A DNA stretch of 41,293 bases from a virus (lineage: Duplodnaviria; Caudoviricetes): the IMG/VR virus record IMGVR_UViG_3300043446_001070, positions 1 to 41,293 of that record; one strand, written 5' to 3'. The position numbers were made by a program, and so were the translations under genes. The notes below the pieces were generated by a model. The model was not told where the DNA came from and did not search any database. It saw only the letters and a program-made list of their open reading frames with translations. Numbering within the stretch: position 1 is the stretch's first letter; the number at the start of each line of letters is the position of its first letter. Positions 34,047-40,726 of this stretch are shown one piece after another.

Positions 34047-34417
34047 CCGAGCAACAAATCCAGCAGGAGATCCGCCTAGCGGTCGGCCACGGCGACACGC
34101 GGCTATTCCGCAATAACACCGGCACGCTGCGCGATCAGCATGGCCGCCCGGTGACGTTCGGCCTAGCCAAGGGCAGCGCTGACCTGATTGGCTGGCGGAC
34201 GGTCACCGTGACACCTGAAATGGTCGGCCAGCAGGTGGCCGTATTCACCAGCATCGAGGTCAAGACCGCAACCGGCAGACTCCGGCCTGAGCAGCGGCAG
34301 TGGTTGGAGGCGGTACAGGCAGCTGGCGGCATTGCTGGTGTAGCGCGCTCGGTTGATGATGCAAACGTACTAGTTATGAATGAAACCCCAGTTGCCGCAA
34401 TGGATCTGCCCCGGTAG
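34043..34417 (+). CDS. VRR-NUC nuclease
   Basis: EQQIQ...GSADLIG...IEVKTATGRLRPEQ. Confidence 0.88.
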   Translation: MTEQQIQQEIRLAVGHGDTRLFRNNTGTLRDQHGRPVTFGLAKGSADLIGWRTVTVTPEMVGQQVAVFTSIEVKTATGRLRPEQRQWLEAVQAAGGIAGVARSVDDANVLVMNETPVAAMDLPR

Positions 34418-34733
34418 TACATCCGCTCACCCCCGATTGCGACGCGATGTAACGCGGATCAGTGTGACACCTGTGGAAACAGAGTTCTCCACAAATACGC
34501 CCGTACCAGTTTCGCCAGATCCCAGTCATCGCAATGTATCTGGGCGGTAGTACGCCTGCATTACCCTGCGCTAATTGGTATCACTGCGCTACCGATTTTG
34601 GGAGACCTTGTGCCAGTTGAGGCCGAAACCGTGTGCGAAGAGTGTGCCAATTTTTTCTTATAGTGCCACTTTTTAATTGGCACACTGCGGCTGAGATTCC
34701 TTGCACCGCAATGGATCTGGCGGAATTGAGTAC
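34382..34733. promoter_or_regulatory. Largely non-coding control region with repeated palindromic motifs
   Basis: Three cgcaatg(g/t)atctg copies; 12-bp inverted repeat agtgtgccaatt/aattggcacact (34641-34686); tgtgga/tccaca inverted repeat (34472-34493). Confidence 0.55.
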
Positions 34734-34791
34734 AGCCGTACTGGCCGGCCGTCGCGTCCATCCGGTGACGATGTGGCGCACACTGATAGGG

Positions 34792-35036
34792 CACCACCGC
34801 CACACACACCGCCATGGGCGTCATCGCCGACACGCTCCGCTCCACGCTCCGCGATCTGGCGGAGGCCGACGCGCGGCTCTACCGGGGGCTCGCCACCGAG
34901 CTCGCCACACCGGCCAGCCAGCCGGCACTCCCCGCGAACGAGATCGCGGCCGCCATCGCGCTTCTCGAAGCGCATGGCTACACGGTCACCCGGTGACCAC
35001 CACGGATCCCCACCACCGCCACACACACCGCCATGG
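34792..35036 (+). repeat. 26-bp identical leader repeat spanning two start codons
   Basis: caccaccgccacacacaccgccatgg at 34792 and 35011. Confidence 0.95.
34814..34996 (+). CDS. Small hypothetical early protein
   Basis: ATG lies within the leader repeat; GC-rich codon usage; ends AIALLEAHGYTVTR. Confidence 0.7.
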   Translation: MGVIADTLRSTLRDLAEADARLYRGLATELATPASQPALPANEIAAAIALLEAHGYTVTR

Positions 35037-35257
35037 AACACACCACCGCCACCGACATCGCCGCCCTGGAGGCGGAGATCGCCGCCATCGAGGCGGAGGA
35101 CGCCGCGCAGCGGGCACGGGTGGGCGCCCTGCTCGCCACCGGCAGCGCCGCCGTCCGGCTGGCGGACTGCCAGGTGATGGCACAGCAGGCGGCTCGCGAG
35201 CTGGCGGCGCAGGAGCGCTACCAGCGCCGCATCAGCCGCGCCATCGACACGCTGTGA
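35033..35257 (+). CDS. Small coiled-coil hypothetical protein
   Basis: ATG lies within the second leader repeat; IAALEAEIAAIEAE heptads. Confidence 0.7.
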   Translation: MEHTTATDIAALEAEIAAIEAEDAAQRARVGALLATGSAAVRLADCQVMAQQAARELAAQERYQRRISRAIDTL

Positions 35258-35381
35258 GCGCCGCCTGTGTGCTCCTGTAAGGCGCCTCAACGCCGTGCCC
35301 CGTGTCTCACACCGTCACGCGCCCTGACGCGCCTCACAGGCGCTCCTGTGCGCCACTCCGTCACATCACACGTCACACGCC

Positions 35382-35648
35382 ATGGCTGACTCCAGCGCCG
35401 CGCGCACACGCCGGTATCGCGCCCGCCTGCGCGGCCTGCCCGATCTCACCGCCCCTCAGCCGTGCCCCGACTGCAGCCGCCTGGTGCGCAGCCGGCGGAC
35501 TGCGCCCCTGTGCTCCAGGTGCTGGCGACGCACGCCGGATGGACGCGAGGCCAACCGCCTGCGCATGGCAGCTCAACGATTGACCATGGTTGAGCACGGT
35601 GGTATTGTTTCCAAGTCGCCAGCGATGGCGGCGGTCCACCGCACCTAG
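35382..35648 (+). CDS. Arg-rich Zn-finger protein
   Basis: CPDC...CSRC with basic flanks. Confidence 0.6.
   Translation: MADSSAARTRRYRARLRGLPDLTAPQPCPDCSRLVRSRRTAPLCSRCWRRTPDGREANRLRMAAQRLTMVEHGGIVSKSPAMAAVHRT
35580..35608 (+). promoter_or_regulatory. sigma70-like promoter
   Basis: TTGACC-17 bp-TATTGT with extended TG, upstream of ATG 35653. Confidence 0.6.
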
Positions 35649-35652
35649 ACAG

Positions 35653-35841
35653 ATGAATGCACTCGCAACCCAGTTGCAGGAACTGGCCACTGCACTCGGC
35701 ACCGCCGATCAAGTGGTCACGGCATTCCAAGCGCTGCGGGATTTCTGCTCTGATGAGCAATGGGAAGAGCTGTTCGGCTCGGGACCATTGGCTGATCTGC
35801 TGGACGCCTGCAGCGATCTGGAATGCGACCTGAAACGGTGA
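35653..35841 (+). CDS. Small acidic hypothetical protein
   Basis: MNALATQLQEL...; bracketed by its own promoter and terminator. Confidence 0.65.
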   Translation: MNALATQLQELATALGTADQVVTAFQALRDFCSDEQWEELFGSGPLADLLDACSDLECDLKR

Positions 35842-35848
35842 TGCACTG

Positions 35849-35870
35849 GCCCGCTTTGGCGGGCTTTTTT
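35849..35870 (+). terminator. Rho-independent terminator
   Basis: gcccgc-tttg-gcgggc followed by tttttt. Confidence 0.85.
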
Positions 35871-35968
35871 ATTGATTGGCGGTCGGTCCTACCCGCAAGG
35901 ATGGACGCGGTGCTGCGGTCGCGGTGGCTGCAGCTGAAACCGTATCGGAGGCCGCCCCATCAACCAAT
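35871..35968 (+). ncRNA. Candidate structured RNA (multi-stem junction)
   Basis: Nested complementary segments with G-U pairs and a GCAA tetraloop; described under findings. Confidence 0.4.
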
Positions 35969-35982
35969 GCGACATCGCACGG

Positions 35983-36010
35983 TTGACGATGGGCGCATGG
36001 GGCGTATGAT
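35983..36010 (+). promoter_or_regulatory. sigma70-like early promoter
   Basis: TTGACG-16 bp-TATGAT upstream of ATG 36054. Confidence 0.65.
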
Positions 36011-36036
36011 GGCTGCACGGGGCGAGAGTCCCGCCT

Positions 36037-36288
36037 TCATTGCGACCCCAACCATGACCGCTTCCGACTGGCACAACATTCTTGTATGCGCCCGGCTTCG
36101 CAAAGAGCAATTCGGCACTTCACTGCGGTGGCCGAGCATGGCCGATTACTACCGCTATCAGCGCGAATACGACACCTATATCATGGCCGGCGCAATGGCA
36201 GCCCGCACACGGCGCCACGCCGCCTAACCCACGCGGCCCGCCGGAGCCGCACCCAATCCGGCAACCACTCATTGCGACCCCAACCATG
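36037..36288 (+). repeat. 20-bp identical leader repeat ending in ATG
   Basis: tcattgcgaccccaaccatg at 36037 and 36269. Confidence 0.95.
36054..36227 (+). CDS. Small hypothetical early protein, 57 aa
   Basis: MTASDWHNILVCARL...; ATG lies within the leader repeat. Confidence 0.6.
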   Translation: MTASDWHNILVCARLRKEQFGTSLRWPSMADYYRYQREYDTYIMAGAMAARTRRHAA

Positions 36289-36462
36289 GATCTCATTCTC
36301 TGGCTACTGCTCCCGCTGCTGCTGGTGGTAGCCGTCATCCTCTGGCTCACCGAGAGCCGTGAGCAGCGCATCCGCCGGTGGCGTGCCGCTGGCATGACAC
36401 AGCGCGCCATTGCTGAGCGCCTCGGCGTCAGCACCTATGCCGTCCGCAAGGCACTCGCATGA
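36286..36462 (+). CDS. Membrane-anchored HTH protein, 58 aa
   Basis: Transmembrane-like LILWLLLPLLLVVAVILWL followed by GMTQRAIAERLGVSTYAVRKAL. Confidence 0.72.
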   Translation: MDLILWLLLPLLLVVAVILWLTESREQRIRRWRAAGMTQRAIAERLGVSTYAVRKALA

Positions 36463-36587
36463 ATCGCATCAACAACGCCATCTGCCTGCTGATCGCCGCG
36501 GCCGTATTCGCCATGATCGGCATTGAATCCGGCGCTTATCACACGCCAACCCAGTCCGGCACGCAGCCCTACAGCCGCCACAAATGA
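36459..36587 (+). CDS. Small membrane protein, 42 aa (not in ORF track)
   Basis: MNRINNAICLLIAAAVFAMIGIESGAYHTPTQSGTQPYSRHK*; ATGA overlaps at both ends. Confidence 0.6.
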   Translation: MNRINNAICLLIAAAVFAMIGIESGAYHTPTQSGTQPYSRHK

Positions 36588-36778
36588 CACCTTCTGACAC
36601 GTTTTGGACGCTGCAGACTGCCATCGCCTTTGGCGGTGGCTTTATGCGGCGACTTGCCGAGGCCGGCATTCACGCCGATCCCAACAACCGCCAGCGGCTG
36701 CTGCTGGCATTTCCCGAGCTGCAGCAGTGCTTCGGTCCGCACACCATGCTGCACAAGCAAGCGAGGGTCGGCGTATGA
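36584..36778 (+). CDS. Hypothetical protein
   Basis: GGGFMRRLAEA...ADPNNRQRLLLAFPEL; coupled ATGA overlaps. Confidence 0.7.
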   Translation: MTPSDTFWTLQTAIAFGGGFMRRLAEAGIHADPNNRQRLLLAFPELQQCFGPHTMLHKQARVGV

Positions 36779-37560
36779 CGATCTCCAACGCTGACTACCA
36801 CTCCGACCCTGCCATCAGCGCCAGTCACCTGCACGCAGTTGCCGCTAGCCCTTATCACTACTGGAAGCGGTTCCTTGATCCCAATCGCCCAACAGTGCCG
36901 CCGACTGCCGCGATGCGCCTTGGCAGCCTTGTGCATTGCGCCGTGCTTGAGCCTGATGAGCTGCACAAGCGTTATGCCGTTGCACCTGACCGGCGCACCA
37001 AAGACGGCAAAGCGCTAGCAGCTGTGATGGAAGCTGCCGGCATGGAGGCAGTCACGGCGGCCGATATGGAGCAAGCACTGGCCATGGCTGCCAGCGTGCG
37101 CGCTAATGCCAATGCCGCAGCACTGCTTAAAACCGGCAAGGCTGAGCAGTCTTTTTGGTGGGATGACCAGTTGAGCGGCTTGCGCTGTAAATGCCGACCG
37201 GACTGGACAGCCAATGACACGCTGGTGGATCTCAAGACCACTACAGATGCCAGCCCGGCAGGCTTTGCGCGGTCGGTCGCGCATTGGCGCTACCACGTCC
37301 AAGCCGACCACTATATGGCCGGCACCTATGCACGGCGATTTGTATTTATTGCTGTGGAGAAGACTTACCCATACGCGGTGGGTGTGTATGAGCTTGATGA
37401 GGCCACCATGGATCATGCCATCGAGCTGCGTCGCCAGAACCTGCAGACCATTGCTGACTGCCGAGCAATCAGCGAATGGCCTGGCTACAGCGCGCAAACC
37501 ATCCGCCTGCCCAAGTGGGCGCTGCAATCTATTGATGCCGTGACTTCCGATGACTTCTAG
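36775..37560 (+). CDS. RecE/exonuclease VIII-like PD-(D/E)xK nuclease
   Basis: YHSDPAISAS, GSLVHCAVLEP, KCRPDW, DLKTT, YHVQA and FIAVEK; likely start ATG 36775. Confidence 0.9.
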   Translation: MTISNADYHSDPAISASHLHAVAASPYHYWKRFLDPNRPTVPPTAAMRLGSLVHCAVLEPDELHKRYAVAPDRRTKDGKALAAVMEAAGMEAVTAADMEQALAMAASVRANANAAALLKTGKAEQSFWWDDQLSGLRCKCRPDWTANDTLVDLKTTTDASPAGFARSVAHWRYHVQADHYMAGTYARRFVFIAVEKTYPYAVGVYELDEATMDHAIELRRQNLQTIADCRAISEWPGYSAQTIRLPKWALQSIDAVTSDDF

Positions 37561-38296
37561 TGCTCTTACCCTCTGGACCCCAGAGCAAACGCAGCTGATT
37601 GCAACCACGATTGCGCCGGGTTGCAGCAATGATGAGCTTCGGCTTTTTGCCTATGCCTGTCAGCGCACTGGCCTTGATCCGTTTTCTAAGCAGATCTATG
37701 CCATCAAGCGCGGCGGCAAGATGACCATCCAAGCCGGTATTGATGGCCTGCGCGCTATTGCTGAGCGCACCGGTGAGCTAGACGGCAGCACTACTGAATG
37801 GTGCGGTGATGATGGCCAGTGGTCGGACGTGTGGATTGGCAGCAAGCCGCCAGCAGCCGCTAAGACCACTATTTGGCGCAAGGGCAGCGCACACCCTTTT
37901 ACCGGCGTGGCGCGATTTGCTGATTACAACGCCGGTCAAGGGTTATGGTCCAAGATGCCGGCCGCAATGATCGCCAAGTGCTCCGAGGCGCTGGCGCTAC
38001 GGAAAGCGTTCCCCGCCAATCTCAGCGGCGTGTATAGCACCGACGAGATGGACCAGGCTGTAGAGCCGGTTACCGTGACAGCCGTTACGGCTGGTGACGC
38101 CAAGATCTTCGCCGCCGGCAAGGCCGCCATCGCCAAAGCCAAAACCATTGATGATTTGGCCAAGGTGACTGCACGGATGGAGGCACGCAAAGCTGATCTA
38201 AGCGATGATCAAAACCAGCAACTGATGCAACTTGCGCTTAGCCGTGAGGCTGAGCTAACTGCGCCAGCCGAGGAGGATCCATTTGCTGATGATTGA
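37550..38296 (+). CDS. bet: Bet/RecT-family ssDNA annealing recombinase
   Basis: GLDPFSKQIY, GIDGLRAIAERTG, WSKMPAAMIAKCSEALALRKAFP and GVYSTDEM. Confidence 0.9.
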   Translation: MTSSALTLWTPEQTQLIATTIAPGCSNDELRLFAYACQRTGLDPFSKQIYAIKRGGKMTIQAGIDGLRAIAERTGELDGSTTEWCGDDGQWSDVWIGSKPPAAAKTTIWRKGSAHPFTGVARFADYNAGQGLWSKMPAAMIAKCSEALALRKAFPANLSGVYSTDEMDQAVEPVTVTAVTAGDAKIFAAGKAAIAKAKTIDDLAKVTARMEARKADLSDDQNQQLMQLALSREAELTAPAEEDPFADD

Positions 38297-38501
38297 GCCG
38301 TATTTAACCACTGAGCAATTGGCAGCGCGGTGGGGTGTCAGCCCTGCCACTATCAAAAGTCAGCGCGCTCGCGGCGTTGGTCCGTCTTACTTGACGCTTC
38401 CACGCCTTGCCACTCCAGCCGGCACGCCGCGTGTGCGTTATCCACTTGCGCAACTGCTGGCATTTGAAGAGATCAATTCCATTACACCCATCAACCCATG
38501 A
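38289..38501 (+). CDS. AlpA/excisionase-like HTH protein
   Basis: YLTTEQLAARWGVS...RGVGPSY...VRY. Confidence 0.8.
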   Translation: MIEPYLTTEQLAARWGVSPATIKSQRARGVGPSYLTLPRLATPAGTPRVRYPLAQLLAFEEINSITPINP

Positions 38502-38848
38502 GCCTTTACGCATCTGGCATTGTTCGCATCATCAGCGAACCACAGCTGAAGACGTTTGAAAGCGGAACAATGGTCGTCAACTTTGGCGGCGGCATTCAAG
38601 AAGGCAAAGACAAAAACGGCGAATACATTAACAACGCCATTGACGTAGAGGCTTGGGGCAAAACGGCTGAGATCATTGCCGACAACCTGAAGAAAGGCGA
38701 TTCAATTTTTGTATCTGGCAATGTACGGATGCAAGAGTGGAAAGATAAGGAAAGCGGCGCCAACCGCCGTAAGCATGTGCTTAGCGTCAGCCGGTTTGAG
38801 TATCTGCCTCGTGCCGCTGCGCAGCAAGTTGAGGAGGCCGTGTTCTGA
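38498..38848 (+). CDS. ssb: Single-stranded DNA-binding protein
   Basis: DVEAWGKTAE...KKGDSIFVSG...EWKDKESG; short acidic tail EEAVF. Confidence 0.9.
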   Translation: MSLYASGIVRIISEPQLKTFESGTMVVNFGGGIQEGKDKNGEYINNAIDVEAWGKTAEIIADNLKKGDSIFVSGNVRMQEWKDKESGANRRKHVLSVSRFEYLPRAAAQQVEEAVF

Positions 38849-39174
38849 TGAACGAAACTGCAATCCGCGCTGCCTTTGAGGAATGGTGGCGCGATAGTTA
38901 CGGCGTGCCGCCTGGCACGCACGCCGTCATGACGCACATTGCCTTTGCTGCTTATCTGCTGCAGCTGCTGGAGCAGCAGCCTGACGCAGACCGCTACCAA
39001 TGGATCAAACGACAAAAGAATCTTGTACTTAGTACAGAAGGTGTTAAGTGGATCCGTGTTGAAACCGGGGAGGAATATTATCCATCGCACCGATTGGCTG
39101 TAAATGGAACAGGTTTCCACGGTATAGAACAACTTGATGATCTAATTGACAAAGCAATGGAGATCTATCCATGA
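38848..39174 (+). CDS. Hypothetical protein, apparently two fused modules
   Basis: AFEEWW module followed by a DADRYQWI...LDDLIDKAM module. Confidence 0.65.
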   Translation: MNETAIRAAFEEWWRDSYGVPPGTHAVMTHIAFAAYLLQLLEQQPDADRYQWIKRQKNLVLSTEGVKWIRVETGEEYYPSHRLAVNGTGFHGIEQLDDLIDKAMEIYP

Positions 39175-39223
39175 TTGACCAACAACGCTCTGTCCATCAT
39201 CCGCCACTTACAGGAGCAACTCG

Positions 39224-39562
39224 ATGACTGACCACCCCACCACCCCACCGCCGGAGCTTCTCAAGCAGTGGCGAGAAGAGTGGTACAGCAACAGTGCTGC
39301 TACGCACTGGGCATACGAGTCCCACCTCGCCGCCCGCGCCGCCCAATGGGGCGCCGACCAGGAGCTGGAGGCGTGCTGCAACCTGCTGACAAAGCAAGGG
39401 TTTGATGTTGTTGACGACCTCCGCGCCGCCAGACGCCCCAAGCCGCCGAGCTTGAACAGCATTGCTTTGGAAATGCTGGAGACGATTGAGCGCGAGGGAC
39501 TTTACATCAATGAGATCACCGACACGATCCGCCGCGCACTTAACCAGCTTCCCGATAGCTAA
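39224..39562 (+). CDS. Hypothetical accessory protein
   Basis: PPPELLKQW...AARAAQWGADQELEAC; similar to 40445..40726. Confidence 0.7.
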   Translation: MTDHPTTPPPELLKQWREEWYSNSAATHWAYESHLAARAAQWGADQELEACCNLLTKQGFDVVDDLRAARRPKPPSLNSIALEMLETIEREGLYINEITDTIRRALNQLPDS

Positions 39563-39569
39563 CATCACT

Positions 39570-40037
39570 ATGGAATTGACACCACTAGAGGTCCACCGTT
39601 TTTGGTCAAAGGTTGATGTAGTGACCGCCGATATGTGCTGGCAGTGGACTGGCTACTGCCTTCCGTTTGGCCATGGCCAAGCTTGGCTACAGGGAAAAAC
39701 TTTTTTATCCCACCGTGTCGCTTACTCCTTGGCACAAGGACAAGTGCCTCCAAAGCTGCATGTTCGCCACCTTTGCGACAACCCTTGCTGCTGCAATCCT
39801 GCTCATCTTGCGCTTGGATCAGATCAGGATAATTCAGACGATAAATGCCGACAAGGTAGGCAGGCCCGTGGTTCTGGCAATGGGCGGTCAAAGCTTTCCG
39901 AGCAAGAGGTGCTATGTATCTATAAATCAAGCAAGACACAAGAAGAGCTTGCATCGGAATTTGGCATACGCCAATCAATGGTGAGTCGCATTAAGAACGG
40001 TGTTTACTGGAATTGGCTAACTGGAGCAACTCTATGA
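39570..40037 (+). CDS. HNH homing-type endonuclease with C-terminal HTH
   Basis: RFWSKV...CWQWTG...HRVAY...HLCDNPCCCNPAHL...DNSDD; LASEFGIRQSMVSRI; likely start ATG 39570. Confidence 0.9.
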   Translation: MELTPLEVHRFWSKVDVVTADMCWQWTGYCLPFGHGQAWLQGKTFLSHRVAYSLAQGQVPPKLHVRHLCDNPCCCNPAHLALGSDQDNSDDKCRQGRQARGSGNGRSKLSEQEVLCIYKSSKTQEELASEFGIRQSMVSRIKNGVYWNWLTGATL

Positions 40038-40234
40038 CTGACATGAACTGGGCGAATGCCAAAAGCGAACTGAACAGACGCCTCGCTGAGTTGCGTAGTG
40101 TTCACGAAAGCCTGCCATCCTTTTACTCTGACTCCGTGAATGGATGGGATTTGGACAACGTGTATACAGCAACCAATCATCTCCTAGCCGCTATTGAAGC
40201 ACTTAAGCCACTTACAAATAGGCGTCATGTTTAA
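40034..40234 (+). CDS. Hypothetical protein
   Basis: ATGA overlap with the HNH stop (MTDMNWANAK). Confidence 0.55.
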   Translation: MTDMNWANAKSELNRRLAELRSVHESLPSFYSDSVNGWDLDNVYTATNHLLAAIEALKPLTNRRHV

Positions 40235-40269
40235 CTCAATTTTCAGCTATTTCACTTTTAGGCAACTCG

Positions 40270-40452
40270 ATGACTGATTTCCACCCCGCACCCTTTGACG
40301 ACTTCTCCACCGAGCTACGAGACCCGTGGCCCGTTGTGGAACGCCTGCGCATGGCACTGCGCGAGGCCGAGCGCTACTGCCTCGGCGCTGAAAACACCAC
40401 CGGCCAGTGCATCACATCCCTTCTTGAAATCCTGCCTGACGACGATGACTAA
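40270..40452 (+). CDS. Hypothetical protein
   Basis: 60-aa ORF coupled to the next gene. Confidence 0.6.
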   Translation: MTDFHPAPFDDFSTELRDPWPVVERLRMALREAERYCLGAENTTGQCITSLLEILPDDDD

Positions 40453-40726
40453 TCAACGACTCATCTCCCCGCCCGCCGAAATCATCCGCCAGTGGGAAGC
40501 CGAATGGGACAACAATGGCAGCGCCCATTGCGACAGCGTTCTCTACGTCGCCGCCAAAGCTGCAACCTGGGCCGCAAAGCTGGCTATTGAACAAGCTCTC
40601 AGGGACACGGCCTCATGCCACTGGCGCGTTGCCGATGGTGCTGAAGAGGGCGTGCAGCTGGTGCGAGCCAGTGATCTGATGGCTTGGGCTGACGCCATCG
40701 CCAAGCGTTATGAGGTTGAAGAATGA
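40445..40726 (+). CDS. Hypothetical protein, paralogue of 39224..39562
   Basis: MTNQRLISPPAEIIRQW...AAKAATWAA. Confidence 0.65.
   Translation: MTNQRLISPPAEIIRQWEAEWDNNGSAHCDSVLYVAAKAATWAAKLAIEQALRDTASCHWRVADGAEEGVQLVRASDLMAWADAIAKRYEVEE

Noticed and set aside
34561-35290. Several long overlapping ORFs (215, 205 and 158 aa)
   Set aside because: Low-complexity products of very high GC content; the two short ORFs with shared leaders explain the region better.
35871-35968. Hammerhead ribozyme, tRNA or c4 RNA identity for the structured element
   Set aside because: No CUGANGA core, no T-loop or anticodon cloverleaf, and the stem order does not match c4 as I recall it; left unassigned.
34792-36288. 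Possible CRISPR or mini-array from the 26-bp and 20-bp repeats
   Set aside because: Only two copies of each, separated by more than 190 bp containing ORFs; not palindromic; no cas genes.
38289-38501. Evidence of an integration module from the excisionase-like HTH
   Set aside because: No integrase or clear repressor is in the window, so lifestyle cannot be called; such genes could lie outside the window.
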